A DNA stretch of 64,000 bases from Myxococcota bacterium. GTDB taxonomy: Bacteria > Myxococcota_A > SURF-8 > G963663525. Positions 39,601 to 48,836 of this stretch are shown in pieces (the first letter of the stretch is position 1; each line of letters begins with the position of its first letter). The notes under the pieces were generated by a model. The model saw only the letters and a program-made list of their open reading frames with translations, was not told the origin of the DNA and did no database searches. The translations under genes and the position numbers were made by a program. The DNA lies in contig CAXXVK010000064.1 in the NCBI GenBank assembly GCA_963676915.2, positions 1 to 64,000 of the forward strand. The letters are read 5' to 3'.

Positions 39601-40605
39601 GGCGGCTACCGTTCCATGGATATCTACGGTGGAAGTGCCCAAAACCAAGGATGTTTCAAGCTCCATTCCGGTAAGTCCACCATTGCTGGATAACCGTAGC
39701 TTGGCGTCGTCGTGGATCTCCAGCCCGGAATATTTTCGCAACGTTGCTGAAGGTGCAAGCACTGTAAGGGCTACGTTGCCTTGCATCTGCCGAGCGTCGA
39801 AAACAGTGTCCTCAAGATCGAGAGTGGCAAGATTCGTTTGTACATTCAATGACTTGACGTGTATTGCCGGATCATTCCAATGGGCTTGCAACGCAATTTT
39901 TTCAACAGTCAGTTCCGCCACGGGAACCTTTGCGGAAAGCTCATCGATTTTTACATCGGCTTGACGCTCCTGCATTTGAACCGAAAGCTGCACCGAGACG
40001 TTTTCGACCAAAGGGGAAGGGTGGGCGTTTTCGTCGTAAGAAATGACGGTCAGACGATCGACGTTGAGATGGTCAAGTACCAGCGTGATCGGCAGAGAAA
40101 TGCCCAGATAGCGTGGGTCCGGCTCTTCCGGTTTTTCTGGTGGAGGAGGTTCTTCGGAAGCGGGTGGAGCGAGATCGAGAAAGGTGGAACCTCGTGGTTT
40201 CTCGCGTAAATGAATTTCTCCTTCTTCTATGGATAGCAGAGCGATGGACAGTCGCATGTCGATCATTCCAATGGGATCCCATCGCAGACGAAACGCATCT
40301 AGGTGAACCAACGGATCGCCGTCAGCGTCCTGGATATCGATGTTTTCAAGGTCGAAGCCATCCATCAACGTGCCGTGAATACGGGCAATGTCGATATTTC
40401 CCGGAATCATCTGGTTGTACTGCTCCAAGCCGGTGCGAATCGTCCATTGGAAACCGTCCTCCGTACCGATAATCGTTGCCAGTACCAGAGACAAAGACGA
40501 AATCAGCAACAGTACGAAAGTAAAAAGCACACGTACGAAGTTCCATGGCCAGCGAAACCAACGTCGTTGCAAGAAAGATTGTTTTGAAGACGTAGGTTTC
40601 GGCAT
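36652..40605 (-). CDS. tamB: TamB-like translocation/assembly module protein
   Basis: N-terminal TM, long beta-taco repeats and a C-terminal DUF490-like region (GPASRPDLAFSSEP, LTVGKRL); TGATG overlap with the upstream Omp85 gene. Confidence 0.85.
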   Translation of the reverse strand: MPKPTSSKQSFLQRRWFRWPWNFVRVLFTFVLLLISSLSLVLATIIGTEDGFQWTIRTGLEQYNQMIPGNIDIARIHGTLMDGFDLENIDIQDADGDPLVHLDAFRLRWDPIGMIDMRLSIALLSIEEGEIHLREKPRGSTFLDLAPPASEEPPPPEKPEEPDPRYLGISLPITLVLDHLNVDRLTVISYDENAHPSPLVENVSVQLSVQMQERQADVKIDELSAKVPVAELTVEKIALQAHWNDPAIHVKSLNVQTNLATLDLEDTVFDARQMQGNVALTVLAPSATLRKYSGLEIHDDAKLRLSSNGGLTGMELETSLVLGTSTVDIHGTVAAEPKPQADLDYRFSNLPPQKYGLPLKGKLGGKGRLKATGSELETLKADASFHCKDCTLEPFGAFSVDLDASLEDMKAHGKLKVDIADILVQAKAHSPQKDRIEADFSVNSDTLGTIASAFAVKGIDGRLDLQGQCKGELRNPSCTISALLEALKAAEQQIVVQKVTLDLDAKDVATKQAFDTRVSVENLSLPDLPLKRIDLNAKGTPKNLKATCSIEKDETNAGSFSIRLKPGPPLTVDLTEGTGKIADIALFVAQPGRVVVNGSAVQVKHLGLGIEEALLTVDGRFNPKRTSDLNVQLEAFELATLKKVVSEPELSGQTDVKIHLKGPGSAPIIHLATDIRQLTVKEHPYGDLQTTVDWKKRKIDVNLRLEKENQEKFVLAATVPATLNLTSGSFVWKEHSSHHAHWKLSDFSEAEITPFVKLPKGTKFTIENEGEFNGTIRQPDAKITVEGSISREDLEIPLQIQVHAQPEQQTVHAKFDESGPFALSLEAKAGAKVGGLMDGTVKAETIPIEANLSMNRFELETLNPLLPDALYDLRGQLNLALDVDGTVGEPSVNGTIGLESGEVTVVDLYQRYKNIDLSLKLTDTKQIDLQNLSLASGSGSMDMKGKLTLGEKFEPNGTWTLDFVSFPLEFPGVPPSRLDAKVDLGVSSNADDILLGVTLRETQVTVLSFTSDTPKDIPKNAHIVFVEEEKSKPKTETSATKGPNLGIHVDITDPIVILGNQVDMSWGGVLDVAQEEEGTAVTGGLENKRGWFEFLGNSFEVEQALLSFPDGTQNEPYINLTAGADTPEARVYLNVKGPASRPDLAFSSEPAMPQYQIFTLLVTGTTETNEDSDDQVQGKAANLGAGLIAFQYPELQRQMSDRLGIDRVSLTFGETTEEPILTVGKRLTRRIMVESSYHHNAPEDVNRAELKVDLMLTPQWDLETFYGDASVGGMDVFWHTSFGNEPPPQPSMKSRSNKVSESLPESSERSSANEASP

Positions 40606-42575
40606 CAGAACGTCTCCCCGAGGCTGAAGTGGAGCGCCCACGTCTTTTCACCGGTGAAGCGTTCGGGAGTATTGAGCCGGTAGCCGAAATCAAGACGGAA
40701 TTTGCCGATGGGACTGGCGAAGCGGATACCGCCGCCTGTGGAGTAGCTCCATTCGTCGGTATGGTATTCCAACTCGCCTTCCTGCACGTCTCCCACATCG
40801 AAGAACGGCACAAAATACAGATTTTTCACGAGGAGAAAACGAAACTCCAGGTTGCCCATAACCATGGTGTTTCCACCTATGGGGAGTGTCGAGCAGGAGG
40901 AGCCGTCCGCGTCGCAATCTTCGATTCGTGGCGCAAGACGTTTCAAGCCCCAGCCACGTACGGTGTCCGAACCGCCGAGATAGAATTTCTGTGAGATCGG
41001 AATGCCGGGTTTCCAGGCAAAGGGGAAAGCAAACCCCGTAGCGCCACGAAACGCGAGTTGCAGGTGAGAAAACACTTTCCAATAGGCTCGCATTTCGGGT
41101 TCGAACTTGTGGTAATCGAAATGTCCACCCAACACCGTTCCGGCAAGATCCCACTTCAGAGCGAAAACCAAGCCGTTTTGCGGTTCGAAGATGTCGTCCG
41201 TAAAGTAGATCGTATAGCCGAATTCCATGAAACTGAGCAGGTAAGGATCGCGAAAATCCCTTCCCAGCAGAGTTTTGTTGCTGCCGAGTAGCGGAGATTT
41301 GTCAAAGAAATCGAAGAAGTGCAGGTTGTAACTGATTTCCGCCAGAGTAATGCCGAAGAAGAACCGGGAAACACCCAACCTGAGTTTGGGTGTATAAAAT
41401 TTATACCCTTCGTCCACGTTCAACTCGAAACTCGGTCGAAGCATCCAAACCAGTTTTTTTTCGAGCAATCCCTTTTTACGAAACGTCGGAATCAGTTTGA
41501 AAACCGGGCCGTGTTCCTCGATATCCCAGGGGTAGGGCAGGGTAGCGTAACCCGTAACAACGCGCAGATCCATCCGGGTCAGTTCGGGCAACAAGCTTTT
41601 GTGGGTGTAGAGCATCGAAACGCGCCCTTCCCAACGATTGGGTTCGAAACCGACACCAGGACCGACCTTGATGCGCTGCGAGCGGGATTCAACGACTCGT
41701 ACAAGAAGGTTCAACTTCCCGTTTTCGTTGAGATTTTTATCGGGAATCACGGCCACCGAATCGAAAACGTCCATGGAATAAACACTTTTTTCGATTCGAT
41801 GCATCAGATTTGGCGAGTAAGGTTGTCCGGGAGCGAAATCGACCTCGACATCCACCATATGCGCGGGAGCCATGCGCAAGCCTTCGTAGCGGATTTGATC
41901 GATAACGCAATGCGGGCCGGTATCGACTTCGAAACGGACGGCTGCGCGTCGGGCATCGCGGCGAATCTCGGCTTGTTCCTCGACTTTTGCCATCGCGTAT
42001 CCGAGATCGTGCAGACGAAACAGCAGTTCCTCGCGGGACTGGTTGAGACGTTCTGTCTCGAAAGGTTCTTTTGTTTTTAGGGGGATGCTTTGCTCTAATT
42101 CCTTCGTATCGATATCGTCGCCGTTCCAAGAGAATTCAATCGAATCGACGAAGGTCGGTTTGCCTTCCTCGACGGTGATGGTCAACCGACCTTCCAGGTC
42201 TTCCTCGTCGATCAAATCCATTTGAAATTCAAGGACCTTCGTTTCGAAGTACCCGAAAGACCGGTACGCTTCGACGATTCGTTGTAGATCTCGTTTGACG
42301 TACGCTTCGTTGTAGTAGGAGGTTTCGACGAAAATCGTCCAGTCCCAGAACGAATTTTCCGACATATTCAGGTATTCGAGAAGTTCCTTTTTTTCGAAAC
42401 GCTCCACTCCGATAAACACGATTTCTTTAAGAACGACCTGCTTTTTTTCTTCGTGTTCTTGTGGTCCCGAACTGTTTCCAGCAGACAATGAGAACAAAGG
42501 CAGAAAACACAGGCACAAAAGCAAAAGTCCCTGAAAAGCAGGAAGACACCTCGAAATGTAGGTTCGTCGGATCAC
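40605..42575 (-). CDS. tamA: Omp85-family (TamA/BamA-like) outer-membrane protein with about 3 POTRA domains
   Basis: POTRA motifs (YRSFGYF, LHDLGYA), FYLGGSDTVRGW, SPIGKFRLDFGY and a terminal F. Confidence 0.85.
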   Translation of the reverse strand: MIRRTYISRCLPAFQGLLLLCLCFLPLFSLSAGNSSGPQEHEEKKQVVLKEIVFIGVERFEKKELLEYLNMSENSFWDWTIFVETSYYNEAYVKRDLQRIVEAYRSFGYFETKVLEFQMDLIDEEDLEGRLTITVEEGKPTFVDSIEFSWNGDDIDTKELEQSIPLKTKEPFETERLNQSREELLFRLHDLGYAMAKVEEQAEIRRDARRAAVRFEVDTGPHCVIDQIRYEGLRMAPAHMVDVEVDFAPGQPYSPNLMHRIEKSVYSMDVFDSVAVIPDKNLNENGKLNLLVRVVESRSQRIKVGPGVGFEPNRWEGRVSMLYTHKSLLPELTRMDLRVVTGYATLPYPWDIEEHGPVFKLIPTFRKKGLLEKKLVWMLRPSFELNVDEGYKFYTPKLRLGVSRFFFGITLAEISYNLHFFDFFDKSPLLGSNKTLLGRDFRDPYLLSFMEFGYTIYFTDDIFEPQNGLVFALKWDLAGTVLGGHFDYHKFEPEMRAYWKVFSHLQLAFRGATGFAFPFAWKPGIPISQKFYLGGSDTVRGWGLKRLAPRIEDCDADGSSCSTLPIGGNTMVMGNLEFRFLLVKNLYFVPFFDVGDVQEGELEYHTDEWSYSTGGGIRFASPIGKFRLDFGYRLNTPERFTGEKTWALHFSLGETF

Positions 42576-42642
42576 TTTCGCGATTCCCCGAAAAATGAAT
42601 TGTAGCGGTCATAAAGCATCGAGTCGAAGAGTCGGACTGATT

Positions 42643-43404
42643 TTAAGGATGGGGCGTTTCGCTGTCAACTTGGGGAGCGGTTTTCGTTCGACGTTTCGCC
42701 AGGTGAGGGCCGACTTCCCGACGAATGACGTGGATGACTTCGGGCAGGCTGCTTTGTGTCAGCATATTGAGCACGAATTTCGGCAAAGGCGCGCCGGAAT
42801 CGGTATATGTGTGGTAAATCAGCAACGTCCCTTTGCCTCCCATATATGGAAAAAGCTTGTAATATCCATGGGTATCCTTGATATCGCCGTGCGCGTACTC
42901 CCATTCGATATAGCTGTTTCCGTAGTGGAGCAGATGGAGTCGGTAGCGGATCGTGTAGAAAGCGACTTTCAGAGTCAAATCCTCGATGGCGAGATTTTTG
43001 TCCCAGCGAACTTTGATGTCCGTATTGTGCGGCATCATGCCGATGCGGTTTTCGTAATCCCGTAAAAAGGTCATGATATCGCTGGGTGAATGGTCTATGA
43101 TCGCTATCGCATCATACATCAGTCCCGGTTTGTCGGGAGTGGGAATGCGCCGAATGACGATCTCCCGCCGATTGAGTTTTTTCAATTCCTCGCGACTGAA
43201 TGTAGGTGGGACGCCAAGCTTGATCGGTGCAAGCCGAGCTTCCTCTTCGGGAGAAAGAGGTTTTAGCTTCAAATTGGTGTTTTTGTATTTATAAATCTGG
43301 TCTTCGTTGGCATGAAGCGGGTGAACAAATGCAAAAAGCAGCACGAAAACGATGCTTAATAGGTTCACAATGGCTGGTAGCGAGGGGCGTGGTGTGGTTT
43401 TCAT
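42643..43404 (-). CDS. Secreted SRPBCC/START-domain protein
   Basis: Signal peptide; FLRDYE...MPH, GDIKDTHGYYKL and DSGAPLPKFVLN...SLP pattern. Confidence 0.7.
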   Translation of the reverse strand: MKTTPRPSLPAIVNLLSIVFVLLFAFVHPLHANEDQIYKYKNTNLKLKPLSPEEEARLAPIKLGVPPTFSREELKKLNRREIVIRRIPTPDKPGLMYDAIAIIDHSPSDIMTFLRDYENRIGMMPHNTDIKVRWDKNLAIEDLTLKVAFYTIRYRLHLLHYGNSYIEWEYAHGDIKDTHGYYKLFPYMGGKGTLLIYHTYTDSGAPLPKFVLNMLTQSSLPEVIHVIRREVGPHLAKRRTKTAPQVDSETPHP

Positions 43405-43692
43405 AGGTGGCGATGTGGGAAAAAGTAAGGTAATTTCAGCTTCTGTTTTTAAGCCTACCCGGATTGCACGAAAAGGGCAACCTCTTGAGAAAACGACGTT
43501 TTTATGGACAGTTTTTAGGCATGATTACAAACAAAATTCCTTTTTTACATTCATGCGAATGAAAAGTTGATCAAAACCACTGAATCGGGTAGGCTCTGAA
43601 ATACAAATAAATCGTGAAGCAAGTTTTTGATCGTTTCGTTTCATCGGGGGGAGCACGAACCTCCCGCTCTTATTTGGAGAAAGAAGAAAAAC

Positions 43693-43965
43693 ATGAACAA
43701 AACAGAATTGATCGCCGCCATGGCCGAAAAAGCCGAACTTTCCAAAGCCGCTACCGAAAAAGCGCTTGCCGCTTTTCAGGAAGCCGTGACCGACAGCCTG
43801 AAACAAGGTGACAGCATTTCTCTCGTAGGTTTCGGAACGTTTTCCGTCAGCGAGCGCGCTGCTCGTACCGGCAGAAATCCCCAAACCGGTGCGGAAATGC
43901 AGATTCCCGCCAAGAACATCGTCAAGTTCAAAGTGGGCAAAAAACTGGCCGATTCGGTGAACTGA
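43693..43965 (+). CDS. hup: DNA-binding protein HU
   Basis: MNKTELI...LVGFGTFSVSERAARTGRNPQTG; 90 aa. Confidence 0.96.
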   Translation: MNKTELIAAMAEKAELSKAATEKALAAFQEAVTDSLKQGDSISLVGFGTFSVSERAARTGRNPQTGAEMQIPAKNIVKFKVGKKLADSVN

Positions 43966-43982
43966 CCGGCGAATAAAAGTAC

Positions 43983-44020
43983 AAACGAAAAGGCCGGCAT
44001 TAAGCCGGCCTTTTCGTTTT
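43983..44020. terminator. Bidirectional rho-independent terminator
   Basis: 16-bp perfect stem AAACGAAAAGGCCGGC / GCCGGCCTTTTCGTTT between convergent genes. Confidence 0.9.
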
Positions 44021-44045
44021 AAAGATCTCATGTTGTAAAGCTTAT

Positions 44046-44681
44046 TTAGGGAAATATCAGTACATATATTCCCACAATCGCTAAAATGGGGAATACAAAA
44101 GTTGCACCTGCAAGCAAAATATTGCCAAAAGCTTTCATTGTTGAAAACCCTTGAACCTGACCAACACACTTACACATGAGTATTAAAGTCAAAATAATCC
44201 CAGAAAATCTCAAATAGAGAAAAAAAAGCTTTACGTTAATATGCTCCAGAAATGTAGGGGTGATGTTGCTTGTAAATAGATCATTCCCGAATATCAAGTA
44301 CTCTGGAATCCATAGAACCAAAGAATAAATGATCGGCATTTGCGACCAAGTTATCGCGCAACGAATTTGCTCACCAGATGCATTGCCTTTTATCCACGAT
44401 CCAGTCCAACGAATCAGGAATCCAAATAGATAAATTTTAAAAATACCTCAAAGAACTCCATAAGAAATTGCTAGACAAAAAATGTAACCAGGATGGAAAT
44501 TATCACCAACACCGTTAGTTGATGCTTTATCTAGCGAATTTACAAAACCTAAAATTCCAGCCAATGGAATGACCATATAGTTGGGATCGGATTCAATTAT
44601 TCTTTGAGTTGTAAGTCGTGGTTGTATGAAAATTGAAAACCAAGGATTGAGTTGTTCCTCGCCTAATTTTACCATTCCCAT
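44046..44681 (-). pseudogene. Yip1-family membrane protein interrupted by one in-frame TGA (44448-44450)
   Basis: The two listed ORFs share one frame: LNPWFSIFIQPRLT...YGVL*GIFKIYLFGFLIRWTGSWIKGNASGEQIRCAITWSQMP... The segment is AT-rich. Confidence 0.75.
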
Positions 44682-44699
44682 CCTATTTTAACTGGTCCA

Positions 44700-45638
44700 T
44701 TAATCGCTTGTAGGCCAGAAGTGCGGTTGTCCGTTTTCGTCGAGCGGTTGATGCCCGGACAAGTGGCAGTTGCGGCATGCGGCGTTGGGTCGGTCCGTAT
44801 CGGTGTCATCCTGCCTGTGGCAGTAGATGCAGCCGGTCATTTGTGCACCGGCGGGGTCATTGGCGTCTACATTATCTTGAATTGCCTGCATGTGCATGAT
44901 GTGCAGGTCACCGGTCGATCCTTCAAAGTTGTGACATTGCAGACATTCGGGAATGGCTCCGTGCGATTCTTCCGCCACCTGGTGGCAACCGCCGCAGCCG
45001 GGATGGAACATGGCGATTTTGATCGATTCATTCGCTACGTAATAGCCTTCTTTCCAGATTGTCGCGTGCATGTTGGTGCCTGCCGAAAGCAGGTCTTCGG
45101 GGCGCATCGAACCTGTGTAGCCTACGGTTTCATTCGCGGAGTTTGTGAATACTTCGGTGGTGACGTTGTCTTTCAACCATGCGTGACAGGCTCCCGCACA
45201 GTTGGTTTCCCCCTGAAAAACGCTCGAACGTGTGGTTTCAGAAAACGTTTTGATGCCGTGCCCGTGGCCGAGTTCATCGACGGGGTGGCAGGAGAAGCAG
45301 TCGGCCAGATCGGTTTCGGTGTGGCGGCCACGATCGGGCCACGGAGAAGCCATTTGCTGTTTTCCTGCCTCGGGAAGCGCTTTTTCGAAACGCACCAGTC
45401 CCAAACCTTGTTCCACGAGCCATTCCCGAGGACCGGCGTCCTCGTCGGAATGAACGGCGGCCAGGGCTTCATAATCGTGACAAATCGAGCAATCTCGCAC
45501 CAGTTTGGGAAGGTTTACTTCTTCTTCTGCATCGCTGTCTCCGGGTGAATTGTTATCGGAGCCGGAATCCGAACAAGCCGCAAAGCTCATCGCGAGTATC
45601 GCAATGGCTATCAATATTGCAAAGTATTGTTTTTTCAT
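44700..45638 (-). CDS. Multiheme cytochrome c lipoprotein (6 CxxCH + 1 CxxxCH)
   Basis: Lipobox FAAC; CSICH, CFSCH, CAGACH, CGGCH, CLQCH, CIYCH and CRNCH. Confidence 0.9.
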   Translation of the reverse strand: MKKQYFAILIAIAILAMSFAACSDSGSDNNSPGDSDAEEEVNLPKLVRDCSICHDYEALAAVHSDEDAGPREWLVEQGLGLVRFEKALPEAGKQQMASPWPDRGRHTETDLADCFSCHPVDELGHGHGIKTFSETTRSSVFQGETNCAGACHAWLKDNVTTEVFTNSANETVGYTGSMRPEDLLSAGTNMHATIWKEGYYVANESIKIAMFHPGCGGCHQVAEESHGAIPECLQCHNFEGSTGDLHIMHMQAIQDNVDANDPAGAQMTGCIYCHRQDDTDTDRPNAACRNCHLSGHQPLDENGQPHFWPTSD

Positions 45639-45651
45639 GGTTTATCTCGCT

Positions 45652-46278
45652 TCAGGGCATCCATCCATCGGTAAGTTCATCACACACCGCAACACGGAAC
45701 GAGGCTTCGGCAATGTGTCGGTACCCAAGGTTCGGTCCTGGATATTTTACATATTCATGACCCAAACCGTTGTAGGCTCCACCAAAGAACGCCGAGCGAA
45801 TCGCCCGAAACGCCATCCGAAGGATGGGCATTTCATTTTGTACTTTCACCAGTATTTCCATACGTTCAGCATAATCCAGATCGATGAACGAACCGCCGGG
45901 GCTGTTGATATCGAACAAGGTGGCCAGTTCGGGGATCATCGTTCGGAACGGATAGTATTCGTCGAACATCAGGTTGAGAGAGCAGGCTTCCAGGCCACCG
46001 GGATCGCCGTCCGGGTCCAGGGAAGGGCCGGGAACCACGGTATCCACCACAGCGGCCAATGTGCGTTCTGCTTCGGATGACGCTTGCAGACAAGCGCCTT
46101 CCAATATTGGGCGTGTCCAACCGGGCGAGGCGTATTTCGCCGTTTCGGCCAGTCCCGAACCGTAAGCCGCAGTTGCCAGCAAGAATCCCAACGAATGCTT
46201 CATGAACTTCCGTCGTGAAAGATCGGAGGGTTTGAGGCGATTGGGAGCGATTTCGTCGTGTTTTTGAGGATTTTTCAT
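45652..46278 (-). CDS. Tat-exported small subunit, gluconate 2-dehydrogenase subunit-3-like
   Basis: Twin-arginine signal SRRKFMK; TLAAVVDTVVPG, FIDLDYAERMEIL and VKYPGP pattern. Confidence 0.75.
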   Translation of the reverse strand: MKNPQKHDEIAPNRLKPSDLSRRKFMKHSLGFLLATAAYGSGLAETAKYASPGWTRPILEGACLQASSEAERTLAAVVDTVVPGPSLDPDGDPGGLEACSLNLMFDEYYPFRTMIPELATLFDINSPGGSFIDLDYAERMEILVKVQNEMPILRMAFRAIRSAFFGGAYNGLGHEYVKYPGPNLGYRHIAEASFRVAVCDELTDGWMP

Positions 46279-47724
46279 TTACTTGTTCTCCACGAGATAC
46301 GCGGCGATGCGCTCGGCATTGGCAGCGATAGTGTGGGCCGGATTCACGCCCGTACCGCCGGGAACCGAAGCCCCGTCCGTGCAGTAGATACCGGGATTGG
46401 AGCGCAACTCTCCGTTGGGTGTGCAGGGGGCTTTCTCCTCATTGTCGCCGATTCGGCAAGTTGCCAGCGGGTGAGCGTCACCGTGTTCGTAGGTGTGATC
46501 GGCGGTACGAAACAGTTTCGCACCGGTTTCCTCCTGAATGCGCAATCCGACTCCGGCAACTTTATCAAGGTAAGCCTTGAAATGGTCCGTTTGCGGAATG
46601 TTGAACTTCAGCAGTCCGCTGTCGTCCGCCCAGACTTCGCCTTCTCCGTCAACCAGACCGATTGCCAAGGACGAAACCAGGCGGTTGGGATAGTTGTCGC
46701 GTAGAAAATGCTTGAATTCTACACCGAAAGGAATGTCCGGCTTGCCGCCGTCCTCACGTACGATGTCGAGTGCTGCGTAAATCGCCGGGGGAGAACCACC
46801 CGCGTGGATGGTGATTTTGTGTTCCTCCCAGAAGGCGTAGGTAATCATTCCGGCATTGTTTCGACCCATGTAGGACCAGGCATCCGGGAAGTCCTCGGGC
46901 AATTGGAAGACGAGGGCCATATCCCCGTTTTGATTGAAGTTTTTTCCGACCTGTGGATGCAGGTCGCTCAGGTAGTTTGCCGAACGTTGCAGAATCACAG
47001 GGGTTTCCAAGGCTCCGGCCGCCATCAGCAACATGGGGGTCGCCACTTTGCGTTCGATATTGAACTCGTCCACATACACCACGATGTGGTTGGACGACGC
47101 ACCGTCTTCCTCGATGTGGTCCACCTTGGCATTGACAAGGAATTCGGCTCCAGCCGATTCGGCTTGCGGAATGTAGTTGAATCCCAGGTGCTTTTTCTTG
47201 TCGTAAGGACAACCGCACATGCAGAAACCGCAATGCAGACAATCATGTATGGGATACATGGCGCGATCGCAGGTTAGTCCCATTTTGTCGAGCAGCATGG
47301 CGAAACAGCCGCCGACTTTCGGAACGTCCTCCCAGGCGATGCGCTCGATTTCCATCATCCGCTCGACTTCCTCGTAATGCGGATCGAGCACCGAACGGGT
47401 CACGCTAGCGGGCCAGACCTTGTAACCGTTCTGGTCGGTATAGTCGAACACTTCGGAGGGAGAACGCAGCATGGCGGCGGCGTAGGTCACGGAGCCACCA
47501 CCCAATCCTTTGCCATAGCGCATGAAGACGGTGTAATCCTCGCTGGTGTAACTGGTGAACATCCGCATTTGATTGCGAAATCCCCAGTCCATTTTGTAAT
47601 CTTTGGCGCTAAAACGCTGTCCCTGTTCAAGAACCAGCACTTTTCGTCCGTCTTCGGCAAGGCGCAATGCCGGGATCGAGCCACCGAACCCAGACCCCAC
47701 GATTACAACATCATAGGTTTCCAC
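46279..47724 (-). CDS. GMC oxidoreductase, cholesterol-oxidase (ChoD)-like, with a Cys cluster motif
   Basis: YDVVIVGSGFGG, GLGGGS, CLHCGFCMCGC, HPLATC and GVNPAHTI; no signal peptide; GTG start. Confidence 0.88.
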   Translation of the reverse strand: METYDVVIVGSGFGGSIPALRLAEDGRKVLVLEQGQRFSAKDYKMDWGFRNQMRMFTSYTSEDYTVFMRYGKGLGGGSVTYAAAMLRSPSEVFDYTDQNGYKVWPASVTRSVLDPHYEEVERMMEIERIAWEDVPKVGGCFAMLLDKMGLTCDRAMYPIHDCLHCGFCMCGCPYDKKKHLGFNYIPQAESAGAEFLVNAKVDHIEEDGASSNHIVVYVDEFNIERKVATPMLLMAAGALETPVILQRSANYLSDLHPQVGKNFNQNGDMALVFQLPEDFPDAWSYMGRNNAGMITYAFWEEHKITIHAGGSPPAIYAALDIVREDGGKPDIPFGVEFKHFLRDNYPNRLVSSLAIGLVDGEGEVWADDSGLLKFNIPQTDHFKAYLDKVAGVGLRIQEETGAKLFRTADHTYEHGDAHPLATCRIGDNEEKAPCTPNGELRSNPGIYCTDGASVPGGTGVNPAHTIAANAERIAAYLVENK

Positions 47725-47934
47725 GTGATATTCTCCGAAAAAATGTGAGTCGATAAGATGCGTTTTTTCAACATATGAAGAATAAAAATCGTCGTCAACT
47801 TTTCTATCGAAAACTCATCGTTTTTTACGTCTCAACTCATTGACGATACAAAGGGAAAACGGGTAAAACATCCTTGTGTTTTCCAAACTATTCCAAATGT
47901 GGACAATTCGTGATTTTTCGTGGCAGGAGAGACT

Positions 47935-48483
47935 ATGTATTTTGAACATGCAGGACCGATGAATACGGAAGAAACGCTGAAGATTGCTTGTAACCGAGGG
48001 AAAGAGTTGGGGATTTCCGAACTCGTCCTCGCCAGCACGAGCGGTGAAACCGCCAGAGCCGCTCTGGATATTTGTGAAGGTATGAAAATCGTGGCGGTCA
48101 GCTATCATGCCGGATTCAAAGAACCTTTCCAGCTTTCCATAGACTCCAAAGAGCGCGCTTGGCTGGAAGAGCGAGGCGTGCAGGTGATTTGTGCAACTCA
48201 CGCGTTGTCCGGTATCGAACGCGGCATGGCGAAGAAATTCCCCGGACCGTATCCGGCTCTGATCGCAGCCGAGACGCTAAAAATGTTCGGTCAAGGTGTA
48301 AAGGTGGCGGTTGAAGTCGCTGTAATGGCTGCGGATTCCGGGATTTTGTCGGGAAACAAAATCGTTTCGGTCGGTGGTTCAGGTAAAGGCTGCGATGCCG
48401 CTGTCGTGCTGACACCCGCCAACCAGAACCGTTTCTTCGATCTGAAAATTCACGAAATACTCTGCAAACCCAGGTTATATTGA
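47935..48483 (+). CDS. Pyruvate-kinase C-terminal-like domain protein (MTH1675-like conserved protein)
   Basis: YFEHAGPMNTEETL, VLASTSGETA, THALSGIER and FGQGVKVAVEVAVMAAD; alternative GTG start at 47920. Confidence 0.8.
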   Translation: MYFEHAGPMNTEETLKIACNRGKELGISELVLASTSGETARAALDICEGMKIVAVSYHAGFKEPFQLSIDSKERAWLEERGVQVICATHALSGIERGMAKKFPGPYPALIAAETLKMFGQGVKVAVEVAVMAADSGILSGNKIVSVGGSGKGCDAAVVLTPANQNRFFDLKIHEILCKPRLY

Positions 48484-48836
48484 ATCACATCATGCTATAG
48501 TATGAAAGGTTTGCGGTCTTGTTGGGTGAAAAAGGGTTCCTGCTAAACATTTGCTGTCGAGAAACGCATGCGGTTTTCTTATGATTTTCTTAAGGCTCAA
48601 ATGTTTAAATTATTGTGGGGGGAAGATAGAAAAGCCCGAGTAAAAACCAGTGGTTGTCGTATGAAAACTCGGATTTTGGAAATCTTTAAACGTGTGGTGG
48701 AAATGGAATCCCTGCAAACTTTCATCGCCAGTTCGTCAAATTCAATAACTATTGGCTCTTCTGTTGCATAATACGATTGGTTTGGATTATGGTAGAGAAA
48801 ACGAAACGATTCATCTTGGTAGCGGACGAGGTTTTC

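Noticed and set aside
44448-44450. In-frame TGA read as selenocysteine
   Set aside because: It lies in a hydrophobic TM segment of a non-redox family, and no SECIS-like hairpin is evident downstream.
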